A stretch of DNA of 64,000 nucleotides from an uncultured Ruficoccus sp. (GTDB lineage: Bacteria > Verrucomicrobiota > Verrucomicrobiia > Opitutales > Cerasicoccaceae): contig OZ223497.1 in the NCBI GenBank assembly GCA_965140785.1, forward strand, positions 224,001 to 288,000, in the 5' to 3' direction. Of the stretch, positions 9,101 through 17,834 are shown piece after piece. The position numbers and the translations under genes were made by a program. The notes beneath the pieces are model-generated. The model worked only from the letters and a program-made list of their open reading frames with translations, had not been told where the DNA came from and did not search any database. Each line of letters begins with the position of its first letter. Within the stretch, counting starts at the first letter, position 1.

Positions 9101-12100
9101 AATCGTCCTTCGTGATGTTCATATAAACATCGTAGCGGGTGGCACCTGTCACCGCGTCCCAACTGAGGGTCGGCGTGCGGGTGGCCGTGACCATCGTGCT
9201 GTCGGCCGGGCCTTGCAGGGCGAAGCTTCCCACCGGGTCCGGCGCCTCGGGCGCAGTGTAGGGGTCCGGGATAATGTCGTCCGGGTTGTAGCCTTCGCTT
9301 TCGTAAACTTCGAAGCTCCAGAGGGAGTAACCGTATTCGGTACCGCGGGTGATGCCCTGCATGCGGACATAGCGTCCGGTCGCATCTATCTGCAGGTCGT
9401 CGGTCTGGCCATTGCCACCGCGCACTTCGTAAACCGTCGTCCAGGTGTCGGCATCGTCGGAGACCTGGATGTCGTAATCGAGGCCGTAGGCGGTTTCCCA
9501 GAGCAGGAGGACACGCTTGAAGTTGTACACCTGTCCGAGATCGACATAGATCCAGTCGTCGTCGTTGCCAGCAATCGAGGCCCAGCGGGACTCATTGGTT
9601 GTCTCGCCATCATTGGCCAGGCTGGGGTAGAGGGGGTCCTGCGCGGAGGACGCGACAATCGTCTTACCGAAGGCCAGGTCGAGGCCGTTGCTGGTCTTGA
9701 TCTTTTCCAGGTGCAGGGTCAGGCCCTCATAGACCGTGACCGTGAAGGGGAAGCCGAGGTCCTCGCCACCGGCGATGGGATCGCCCTCCGCATCGACGGC
9801 GTGAATCCGCAGGTCGTAGTCGTTGCCCAGGCTGACGTAGTGCTTGTTCACGGTCAGCTCGGTTCCGATATCGTAATTCACCGTATCGTCGATGACCGTG
9901 TTCTGGAAGATGACGTGGTCTTCAGCATCGTTGGAGACGGGGCTCAGGTTGAGCTGAACGTACTCGACGTATTCGCCCGAGAGCGTGACGTCCGTCGGGC
10001 CGGAGGGGCCGGGCTCCTCGCCGCCTCCCGTGTCACCGCCAAAGGCGTAAACTTCGAAGTCCCACAGGCTGTAGCCGTAGATGGTGCCGCGGGTCACACC
10101 CTGCATTCTCACGTAACGCGCCGTGACGGTGTCGAAGGTCAGCTCATCCAGCCCGCCGTCGCCGTCGGTCACAGTGACAACATCCGTCCACGTCGATCCG
10201 TCGTCCGAAACCTGGATGATGTAAGCCAGGCCGTAAGCGTATTCCCAGTTGAGTACGACGCGGCTGATGGATTTGGACGAACCCAGATCGACATAAATCG
10301 ACTCCGTGTCCGACTCGGCCGAGGCCCATCGGGTTTCGCTGTCGCCGTCGTTGGCCATCCCGGCGTTCAGGTCGTTGGGGTCCTGTGCGCTGGAGGCGAC
10401 GATCGTCTGCCCCTCGGTGAGGTCAACGGGGATCGGCGGCCCGCCGTAAACCTCGAACGCCCACAGGGAGTAGCCCCAGCCGGTGCCGCGCAGGAGACCC
10501 TGCATGCGCACGTAACGGGCATTGTGGGGCTCGGTCAGCGTGATGTCGTCCAGGCAGCCGTCGCCGGCCATTTCGATGTAAACGTCGGTCCAGGTCTCGG
10601 CGTCTTCCGAGACCTGAAGGATGTACTGGGCGCCGTAGGAGGCTTCCCAGTCGAGGATGACGCGCTCAACAGAAATCACCTGTCCGAGATCGACATAGAT
10701 CCAGTCGTCGTCGTTGTACTCGCTCGCCCAGCGGGTGCTGCCGTCGCCATCGGTGGCCTGATCGGCCACGTAGCCGCCTTCGGTCGAGAAGGCGTAGGAG
10801 GGGCGGCCTTCGGCATAATCGATGCCGGAGGGGCCGCCGGTGCCTTCGGCCAGGACTTCGAGTTCCCAGAGCGAATAGGCATAGGGTGTGCCACGGGTGA
10901 CGCCCTGCATGCGGACATAGCGCGTCGTCGCCTCTACGATATGCGAATCTTCGCCGCCGTCGCCGTCCGTGACGTGAACGGCATCGGTCCAGGTTTCTCC
11001 GTCATCGGAAAGCTGGATATAATACTCCGAGCCGTAGGCGGTTTCCCAATACAAATCGACGCCCTTGATCTCGGTGGGCACTCCGAAGTCGATGGTAATC
11101 TGCTCCGCGTCGGCAGGCTGAGAGGCCCATCGGGTGCCTTTACAGGCGTCGTTGACGTACTCGGCCAGGACGGCGCCGTTCTCCTCGGAGGAGGCGGTCG
11201 CGGTTCCGTTCGGGGCGATGTTGATCAGGCTCAAGCCCCCGGTGACGGAAACGTTGACCGTCGCCGTGGTGGCGAGGGTACCGCCGCCCGCTACGCTGCC
11301 GGTGTAGGTGCCTGTGACCGTGAAGGTGCCGCTGGTGCCGTTGGAGGTAAAGACGCCATTGGCATCGATCGTTCCTCCGCCATCCACGGTCCAGTTCACC
11401 AGGCCGGTGGAGCCGCCGTTGTTGTTTTCATCATAGGCGGCGGCGTCGAAGTCCGCTGTCTCGCCCTCGGCGATGTTAATCGTCGCCGGGGTGATGGTCA
11501 GCGTCGTGGCGCCGCCGGAGCCGGTGCCTCCTTCGCCGAAGCCGTAAACTTCGAACTCATAGAACGAGTAGCCGTAAGCGGTGCCGCGCGAGACGCCGAC
11601 AAAGCGGACGTAGCGGGCCAAGCCCTCCAGCTCGAGATCGTCGGCGTTGGCGTTGCCCTTTTCGACGGTCAGGACCGTCTGCCAGGTGATGCCGTCCTCG
11701 GAGATTTCGATGTAGTATTCGCTGGCGTAAGCGGCCTCCCAAATGATGACCAGGCGCTTGAGATCATAGACCGATCCCAGGTCCACGGTGAACGATTCGT
11801 CGTCGCTCTCGCCCTGGCTTTCCCATCGTGTGCCGTTAAGGCCGCTTCCGTCCAGCGCGAGGGCGGCGGGCGTGACTTCGCTCGTGGCGGTGGCGGTTTT
11901 GCCGAGGGCGACGTTCTGCAGCGGAGGGTTGACCACGACGGTAGCTGGGGTCGAGACCGCGCCGCTGGTGGCGGTGATGGTGTAGGTGCCGAGCGTGCCA
12001 TCGGAGGTGAAAACGCCGTTGGCGTTGATCGTGCCGCCGCCATTCACAACCCAGGTGAGGCCCGTCAGTTCGTAGGGGTCGCCATACTGGTCAATACCCG

Positions 12101-15100
12101 TGGCGCTGAAGGTCGAGGTGCTGCTCTCTTCAACATTGAGGAAGGCCGGTGTGACTGCGAGGGAATCGAGCACGGGCGCATCCCCGACGCGGAAGGTGTA
12201 GGTTTCCTCAAGGCCGTCGGCGGTCACCGTGACGGTGACAGGATCGGTGTTGGTCGTGGCGCTGAAGAGGCCGTTGGTACCCATGGTGCCGCCGCCATCA
12301 GCGGACCAGTTGATTGAGCTCAGCGGATGTGTGGCCCCGTACTGGTCGTAGCCGGTCACGGTAAACTGTATGTCGGAGCCGGGCGTGATCGTGCGCGCCG
12401 GATCGGAGGCCGTGATCTCCAGCGTGTCGAGGGCTTGGTCGAGATGGTGCTGGACCAGCTTCTTCGGCGGGACGGGAAAGGAGCCGAGGACCGTGCCGTT
12501 GGCTGCATAGACGGTGGCGGTTTGCTCGATGTCGAGCGGGTTGTAAACCGCATAGCTGTACACGCTCGTGCCCGGATTGTAGAAAACCTGGCTGGTCGGG
12601 ATATCGACATAGCGGTCATAGACAATGTGTCCCAGCGAACGCAGCGCGTGCGTGTAGTAATAGGTGAGGCCCGAGGTATCGTTGCCGACGCCGATGGGGT
12701 TCTCCGCGTCGTAGAAACCGTCCAGCAGTTCGGCCACGAGGTCCGGGTCATAATGGGCCATGTAGCCCAGGACGACATTGCCGAGGCCGACGCCCCAGGC
12801 ACCGATCACTTTCATTGCTTGTTCGGTATCCACGCCGCTTTCATACCCGAGCACGTCGAACTCCCACAGGTCCTTGAGGTAGGCCTCGTCGTAAGCGTAG
12901 TTGGTAAAGAGGTAATCGTACAGCGGCCAGTTGCCTTCCAGCGGTACGCCAGTTGCCGGGGGCAGGAGGTCCGGGTAGCTGGGCAAATCCGTTTCGTTCC
13001 AGATGGCCGGGTCGAGCGTGATAGCACCGTCGGCCTCCACGGTGAAGCAGAGCTGGCCGTTGATGTAAAGGGGGTTGGCTGCGGTTTCGGCTGCCGTGTA
13101 GCTGGGGTTGTGATCGTAGGCGAGTTTGATCGCGCCTGCGAATTTATCCAGCGCACCGTCTTCGGTGGCGATGTTGCCGTTGTACCAGTCGTCGCGGGCA
13201 GGGGCCAGGTTGTAAACACTGATCACGCCGCGAGCGGCGGAGCCCATGGTCGGCACGCGGTCCAGGATCATGGAGCTCATCTGGGCCTTCGCGAAGGCTT
13301 GGTCTTCACCGAGGTAGGCGAGACCGGGCTGGATGGGCAACCACTGAATACCGTATATCCAGCCGGGGTCGCCGTTGAAGAAGGTGGCGAAAGCCGGACC
13401 GCTGTCAAAGACGATGCCGCCGATATCGTGCCCGTATTCTGTGGGCAGCACGCCACCGTCGCCCAGGACGGGGTTACTGGCGTTCGGATTGCCGTGGTAG
13501 TCGTTCCAGTATTCCTTGATCGCCAGACGCTCGATCGCGTAGCCCATGGCGCCTGCGGCGGCCATGTCGGCATCGTCCATCGCTTCGCCGAGCAGGAACA
13601 AGCCACACCAGGACTGGATCGATTCCGAGCTGGATTCCTGATTGTTACCGTTGCCGGCGCTGGTGCCGCCCGCGTAGGAGTGGCCGTGCCAGATGTCAAA
13701 GGTGCGCAGGAAGGGGAAGTCGGTGTCCGTGCGATCCCAGTTCGCATATTCCTTGGCCACGAGTGTGATCATACCGCCGTAATCGGCGAGGAACTGCGGG
13801 TCCTGAAAGCCCAGCAGCGCGGCCGAGCGGGTGAAGTACCCGTAGTGAAAGTGATTGTCCGTGAACTGCGAAGAGCCGTACGACTCGTTGAAGCCGATCA
13901 GGGCCTTGTAGCGGTCGTAGCGGGCAAAGTAATACTCCTGCTCGACACCGTCGTAGGTCAGCCAGTCCGTCAGGGCGGTCGTCAACACGGCCTGAAGCGC
14001 AGTTTCGTTTTCGGAGCCCAGATCGGCGGCCATCGTCATGTAGTCGGCGAACTGGGTCAGGCTCTTGCCGCCCCAGTAGGTGTCGCCACCGTAGTCGGTG
14101 CGGGTGGCGTAGTTATCCAGGAAATACTCCATCCGCTCGGGCGAATAATCATGCGTGCCGCCGAGCTGGCTCGGAACCGGCAGGTTGGGCAGGATGCCCA
14201 TGAACGGAAAGTCGATCTGTGCGGTGTTGGAGGCGGAGAGTTTAAGTTTACCGCGCGGGGTGACGTAGCTGTCGCCGGTAAAGGTCAGGTCGTTGGTTGT
14301 CTCGCGGTAGTGGTGGGGGATCCATCCTTGCAGCACGGTGGTGGCCGAGCCTTTGAGGGCTTCTGCGGTGACGCTCCACTCCGTGCGGACATAGCCGTCG
14401 GCGGGGTCATAGGACCAATCCATCTGCGTATGGCGCGGAATGGCGTAGGCATAGGTGTCGAAGGCGCTGAGCGAAGCGGCGTCGGGAAGGGCACTGATCA
14501 CCAGGTAGGTGTCGGTGCCGCTGAAAGTGACCAGCACATCTTCGTTGGCATCGGAAAAAACCGTGCCATCCGGAGCATGCAGGCCGAAGACGCGGCCCTG
14601 GACCTCGACCGCGAGCGCGGCGCCCGTGTAGGGAAGTGTCACTACATTTCCGCTGGTGTCGCGAAAGACCGCCGAGGCGTCGATGGCCAGCAAGGGGCTG
14701 ACGCCGGTAGATTCCACCCAGACGAAGGGCAGGCCGTGGCCCATGGTCACGTCATAATAGGCGTTTTCATTCTGTTCGAGACGCATCTGCACGAGCCAGT
14801 CCGACCAGTCCAGCGCCACGGCGCTGGCAGGCGCGAAGTCCGTGCTGAACTTCACTGCCGGGTCGGCATCGTCGGTCATCACGATCTGGTCGGCGAGGAT
14901 GTGGCCCCAGCCACCGGTGACGTTATCCACCACTTCGATGTGCGCTGTCTGGCCGCTCAGGGCCGAGACGTCCCAGGTGCTCCAGGCGAGATTCTCGGAG
15001 TTGACCCCCGTGGCTGTGCGGACGACATTACCGCCGACGACGAGGCGGACTTCCGCGTCGCCGGGATGATTACCACCGCCCACCAGCGCGTGAATGTATT

Positions 15101-15752
15101 GGGCGTTAACCGTGAAATCAGGAGACACCAGCGTGCCGGTCGAGCCGTCGCCGTCGTGAAAAGAGTTCGCCAGCCCCGAGCCGCTATAGTTTGTCACCAG
15201 TGACTGCCCCGTCAGCGAGCCAGCCGCCGGAGCACTGCCGAAGGCCGTGCCCGTGGTCGTCCAGCCGCTCGGCCAGGCTCCGCCCTCGAAGTCGGCGAGG
15301 ATAGTATCGTTCGGTCCCAGAATGATCTCGGCCTGCCCATGGACGCCGATCGGATAGTCTGTGATCATGTCGGTGCCGGAGGGCGAAAACGCGATGGGGA
15401 AGTAGACATTCAGCCCGGTATTATTCGTGCTGACGGTAAGCGGATAGGCCCACATGTTGCCGGAGTACTGACTGAAGATCAGATCCGTCCACCAGTCATT
15501 GCTGGGGACCGGTTCTCCGGTCTTGGAGGCGTGGATGTAGAGCTCCCGGTTCAGAAAACCGGTGACCATGTTCACATCCTGACCGTCGACGATATCCTCG
15601 TGTTCGGGCGGATACTCGGCATAGCTGCCAGATCCGACGGGGACCGCTTGTTGGGCGCGAAGTTGACCTGAGAAAGAGAAGAGGAGGGGGAGCAGGAATA
15701 CCGCAAGACGGATCAAGCAGCAGCAGGAAGTGACAGGGTACATCTGAGGCAT
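6135..15752 (-). CDS. Giant secreted multidomain glycosidase: GH81 endo-beta-1,3-glucanase + Ig-like repeats + six F5/8-type C (CBM32) domains + GH3 beta-glycosidase + FN3-like domains
   Basis: Signal peptide (start 15752 or 15743). GH81 motifs PSNDWWTD, DNHFHYGYF, NQESSSE, YGIQWLP. Six T/SRW.S...S..EFEV-type discoidin repeats. GH3 motifs LLSRMTLTEK, KHWPG, ICSDW. Confidence 0.9.
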   Translation of the reverse strand: MPQMYPVTSCCCLIRLAVFLLPLLFSFSGQLRAQQAVPVGSGSYAEYPPEHEDIVDGQDVNMVTGFLNRELYIHASKTGEPVPSNDWWTDLIFSQYSGNMWAYPLTVSTNNTGLNVYFPIAFSPSGTDMITDYPIGVHGQAEIILGPNDTILADFEGGAWPSGWTTTGTAFGSAPAAGSLTGQSLVTNYSGSGLANSFHDGDGSTGTLVSPDFTVNAQYIHALVGGGNHPGDAEVRLVVGGNVVRTATGVNSENLAWSTWDVSALSGQTAHIEVVDNVTGGWGHILADQIVMTDDADPAVKFSTDFAPASAVALDWSDWLVQMRLEQNENAYYDVTMGHGLPFVWVESTGVSPLLAIDASAVFRDTSGNVVTLPYTGAALAVEVQGRVFGLHAPDGTVFSDANEDVLVTFSGTDTYLVISALPDAASLSAFDTYAYAIPRHTQMDWSYDPADGYVRTEWSVTAEALKGSATTVLQGWIPHHYRETTNDLTFTGDSYVTPRGKLKLSASNTAQIDFPFMGILPNLPVPSQLGGTHDYSPERMEYFLDNYATRTDYGGDTYWGGKSLTQFADYMTMAADLGSENETALQAVLTTALTDWLTYDGVEQEYYFARYDRYKALIGFNESYGSSQFTDNHFHYGYFTRSAALLGFQDPQFLADYGGMITLVAKEYANWDRTDTDFPFLRTFDIWHGHSYAGGTSAGNGNNQESSSESIQSWCGLFLLGEAMDDADMAAAGAMGYAIERLAIKEYWNDYHGNPNASNPVLGDGGVLPTEYGHDIGGIVFDSGPAFATFFNGDPGWIYGIQWLPIQPGLAYLGEDQAFAKAQMSSMILDRVPTMGSAARGVISVYNLAPARDDWYNGNIATEDGALDKFAGAIKLAYDHNPSYTAAETAANPLYINGQLCFTVEADGAITLDPAIWNETDLPSYPDLLPPATGVPLEGNWPLYDYLFTNYAYDEAYLKDLWEFDVLGYESGVDTEQAMKVIGAWGVGLGNVVLGYMAHYDPDLVAELLDGFYDAENPIGVGNDTSGLTYYYTHALRSLGHIVYDRYVDIPTSQVFYNPGTSVYSYAVYNPLDIEQTATVYAANGTVLGSFPVPPKKLVQHHLDQALDTLEITASDPARTITPGSDIQFTVTGYDQYGATHPLSSINWSADGGGTMGTNGLFSATTNTDPVTVTVTADGLEETYTFRVGDAPVLDSLAVTPAFLNVEESSTSTFSATGIDQYGDPYELTGLTWVVNGGGTINANGVFTSDGTLGTYTITATSGAVSTPATVVVNPPLQNVALGKTATATSEVTPAALALDGSGLNGTRWESQGESDDESFTVDLGSVYDLKRLVIIWEAAYASEYYIEISEDGITWQTVLTVEKGNANADDLELEGLARYVRFVGVSRGTAYGYSFYEFEVYGFGEGGTGSGGATTLTITPATINIAEGETADFDAAAYDENNNGGSTGLVNWTVDGGGTIDANGVFTSNGTSGTFTVTGTYTGSVAGGGTLATTATVNVSVTGGLSLINIAPNGTATASSEENGAVLAEYVNDACKGTRWASQPADAEQITIDFGVPTEIKGVDLYWETAYGSEYYIQLSDDGETWTDAVHVTDGDGGEDSHIVEATTRYVRMQGVTRGTPYAYSLWELEVLAEGTGGPSGIDYAEGRPSYAFSTEGGYVADQATDGDGSTRWASEYNDDDWIYVDLGQVISVERVILDWEASYGAQYILQVSEDAETWTDVYIEMAGDGCLDDITLTEPHNARYVRMQGLLRGTGWGYSLWAFEVYGGPPIPVDLTEGQTIVASSAQDPNDLNAGMANDGDSETRWASAESDTESIYVDLGSSKSISRVVLNWEYAYGLAYIIQVSDDGSTWTDVVTVTDGDGGLDELTFDTVTARYVRMQGVTRGTIYGYSLWDFEVYAFGGDTGGGEEPGPSGPTDVTLSGEYVEYVQLNLSPVSNDAEDHVIFQNTVIDDTVNYDIGTELTVNKHYVSLGNDYDLRIHAVDAEGDPIAGGEDLGFPFTVTVYEGLTLHLEKIKTSNGLDLAFGKTIVASSAQDPLYPSLANDGETTNESRWASIAGNDDDWIYVDLGQVYNFKRVLLLWETAYGLDYDIQVSDDADTWTTVYEVRGGNGQTDDLQIDATGRYVRMQGITRGTEYGYSLWSFEVYESEGYNPDDIIPDPYTAPEAPDPVGSFALQGPADSTMVTATRTPTLSWDAVTGATRYDVYMNITKDDYDFTQPGSLLDRYTKIGESTTTSFALTEPLPDRWTYKWYVVAVDGATDPRSDIHTFSVYQPTLEQVDDGIDIVNGCRDMNRNGTIEPFEDWTQSIDTRVDDLLSRMTLTEKVSQMFFAADDDPLSGFDFGPVDPSYEETTQLGNAATRLGIPSITTADTTHGYRTSFPTGSSFAAMQNYDLIRELGDMQRREMIAVGARGTLSPIAEVGTMALYPRIQEGCGEDADVAAAIIRSFLVGLQAGPEINPQSVWVTTKHWPGQGAGGERVMVYDGTTVHYHMRPWHAAIEAGTGGIMPGYGGAPLFGPSSNGAGDNPYIISYLRNNMGYDGLICSDWLDSWVWISAAQAGCDVMGGSDPSLRHDCDPGTPELEDFDTEVSPAIIDDRVRRILDMKFRLGLFENPYGDYLYGESEWRSHHNYDLAIQAARESMTLLTNDGILPLSLPAGSNIVVDGPFAETGSQWVIWTSFFHQTEGSRTPVQAIRERAAEAGINVFTAAELTTTPDLAVVVVGEASYTHGTAWAQDEPYLPAAQTAVIQGYLDQNIPVVVVYVMARPSVLGSPELDADALLLTYRAGDGGGPALAQILFGDYVPTGKTPWQLPRSMAQIGGKDQIDAVERWDLPFDLGATQAEIDAIVAHIAAGEPVPPIYGDPLFQYGSGLDNYGLTDASAPSAPALQVPADAATYGPDLPSFSWTASTDADTGIRGYDVYVDGVKVHSTTETSWDHRNLALTSSAHTWEVRAVNWAGGEQSSGTATFTLSDTTLPPVFALIAPTNNAIATAGTPLSFFWENIVDAGSGIEAYEFYYDGVKIGEVEPEALITDSSNIALHRPYVASSTNQGTYDAVTDGDLGTRWSSDNFSPQTLTIDLGADYLVNRVVLEWEDAYASEYRVETSIDGETWTELYYTATGDGDTDDLTNLSGIARYLNIYFIYTPTPYGHSLWEVEVYGDQLQSVTIPAPAAGSHTWSVRAVNGTGLARDASTTWTVDVQ

Positions 15753-16280
15753 AATGAACGTGGGTAGAGTTCGGAGAGGATCTCCTAGATGTTGCAATTA
15801 AGTGCAATCATCAAGTGCAAATTTATGCAACACGTCACGCTTGGCCCAAATGTACTGATTATAGGCGCAGCGGAAATCTCAGTGAAATTTTCCGAAGTTT
15901 ATTGTTACGTGCCGGTTATCGCATCGAGTAAGTGGCTAGTATGTTTTATCACACCAGGAGATTTTTTACACGTTTTTGACATGCGAGAAAGCCCGGCCAT
16001 TGCGATAAATTCCACTTGGATTCTCGCGATGTTGAGGCGTTCTTCCAGATAGCGGTTCGGAGAGCCACAAGAGGGTCTATTAGGGCCTGTTCAGATAAAC
16101 GCTCAAAGTGGCAGGAAATGGGTCTTTTCGGGCCGGTGCCGACGTTTTTCGACTCGACGAATCTGGATTCGACTCACCTCGAAAACCGAAGAACCGCCTC
16201 AAACCCAGCCTGCGCGGTCTCACTCCGTAATTGGAAGACACTGTCTAGGCCGCATATGTCGCGTTGAGCTAGCGGCCTGT

Positions 16281-16640
16281 TCAGAGTTTGCCGCGGCGGG
16301 TTTCCAGCAGTTGACGGATATCCTCGAGTTTCTGGCGGGTGAGGGGATAGAAGTCGATCATCAGCAGCGACGAGGACCAGATGATGATCGGCGTGACGAT
16401 GAACATCCACTTCATGTATGTGAGGACTTCGGGCGGCTGATTTTGGAACGCGACGTCGAAGCCCGACAGCTCCAGCATGACGTCGCTCAAGCCCATGGCG
16501 GCGGTGCCTGCGGCCGGCACCGGCCCAGCGGGTCCGGGCGTTGTCGGAGATATTGCGCATGACCGGGTCCGAAATGGCGTCTCAGGCGCGTAGGGGCATC
16601 AGACACAGGGCCCAGCAGGGCCGGGCGCATGCCCAGGGCA
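16281..16640 (-). pseudogene. Internally deleted GPH/MFS sugar transporter remnant
   Basis: Reads LRA*DAISDPVMRNISDNARTRW (TGA in place of Trp at 16582-16584), joined almost directly to the C-terminal helix ...FYPLTRQKLEDIRQLLETRRGKL; homologous to the gene at 40049. Confidence 0.8.
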
Positions 16641-16727
16641 AGCAGTGGAGCAATCCACCGGGCCGGGCAATGACGGCACCCTTTAATCCGTCACGCTTCC
16701 GTTCCGCTCGGACTAATGTAAACCAAC

Positions 16728-17834
16728 CTACTGGAGGGGGGCTCGCAGGGTTTCGCCCTCATGGAAATCGCTGTTGATCATCATGATCTTGGGCTTGCCC
16801 TCCGTGGAGGAGATACTGCCCTCGACCAGGCTGGCGAGAAACTCCAGGGCGGCGCCTCCGAGTTTTTCGGTATGTTGGTACATACCGCTGAGCGTGCCGT
16901 CGCGGCGGCAGTCCAGGTGCAGGAAGCCGATGTCCTCCGGGATCGAAAGCCCCAGTTCCAGCAGCCACAGATAGGTGTTTTTATGCAGGCCGATAACGAC
17001 TTCAGGCCGCTCGCGCTGGAACCATTCGTGAAAGGCGGCGGGGGTAAAAGCATTCTCCTTGTAGATGGAAAATTTCAAATCCGGGAAGCGGTACTGCGAG
17101 ATGGCCAGCCCGCCCCACCACAGGTAGTTGACCTGCTGAATCTCCAGTGCCGAGATGGCGAAACCGATATGACGGTAACCGCGCCGGACCAGCTGCTCGA
17201 CGGCATCCTGAACGGTTTGGGCATGATTGTTGCAAAAGCGGTGGATACTCGGGCTTTGCAGGGAATAGCCAAAGGTCACGGCGCTGAAACCGCTCAGGTC
17301 GAGGGCGAAGGTGTGATCGTCCTGAGGGAGCGGAGGAATGAGCACGCCGGGAATCCCCCGGGCCTGGAGAATTTCCACCAGACGAGACGGCTTGGCCCGG
17401 TGTTCCCCCAGCCAAAAATGCTCCACTTGGTACCCCAGGCTCCGTCCCCGCGCCTGTGCCCCCTTGAAATACTCGGCATAGACGACGCTGCCGGTCCGCC
17501 AGCAATCCGCGGTCTCAAGGTTGGTAATGAAGCCCAGAGTCGCCTGATAGGTGATCTTGCGCCGTTGGCGCACCTCCGCCATGAGCGTTCGCACCATGGG
17601 GTTGGGGTGATAGCCCAGCTTACGGGCGATGCCCTGGATGCGCTCGCGGGTAGCGGCGGCGACTTTGGACGAGTTGCGCAGGGCCATCGAGACCAGAGCA
17701 CGGGTGACGCCGGCCTCGTCCGCGATCACCTGGAGGGTGATCGGTTGTTTGTGTTTTTCATCGGGCAAGGGAGAACCTTTCGCTACAGCGTTTAAATGAC
17801 CGGTTCGGTTGAAGGAGGGCGACTCCAGGGGCAT
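16728..17834 (-). CDS. LacI-family transcriptional regulator
   Basis: HTH ITLQVIADEAGVTRALVSMALRN; ATG at 17834 overlaps the upstream stop (TGATG). Confidence 0.9.
   Translation of the reverse strand: MPLESPSFNRTGHLNAVAKGSPLPDEKHKQPITLQVIADEAGVTRALVSMALRNSSKVAAATRERIQGIARKLGYHPNPMVRTLMAEVRQRRKITYQATLGFITNLETADCWRTGSVVYAEYFKGAQARGRSLGYQVEHFWLGEHRAKPSRLVEILQARGIPGVLIPPLPQDDHTFALDLSGFSAVTFGYSLQSPSIHRFCNNHAQTVQDAVEQLVRRGYRHIGFAISALEIQQVNYLWWGGLAISQYRFPDLKFSIYKENAFTPAAFHEWFQRERPEVVIGLHKNTYLWLLELGLSIPEDIGFLHLDCRRDGTLSGMYQHTEKLGGAALEFLASLVEGSISSTEGKPKIMMINSDFHEGETLRAPLQ

Noticed and set aside
9300..11900. CRISPR-like or DGR-like repeats
   Set aside because: The repeats are in-frame CBM32 coding duplications, with no regular spacers, cas genes or reverse transcriptase.
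7554..15203. Very long plus-strand ORFs (1587 aa and 958 aa)
   Set aside because: Antisense shadows of the GC-rich GH81/GH3 gene with no recognisable motifs. The same applies to most other overlapping ORFs in the track.
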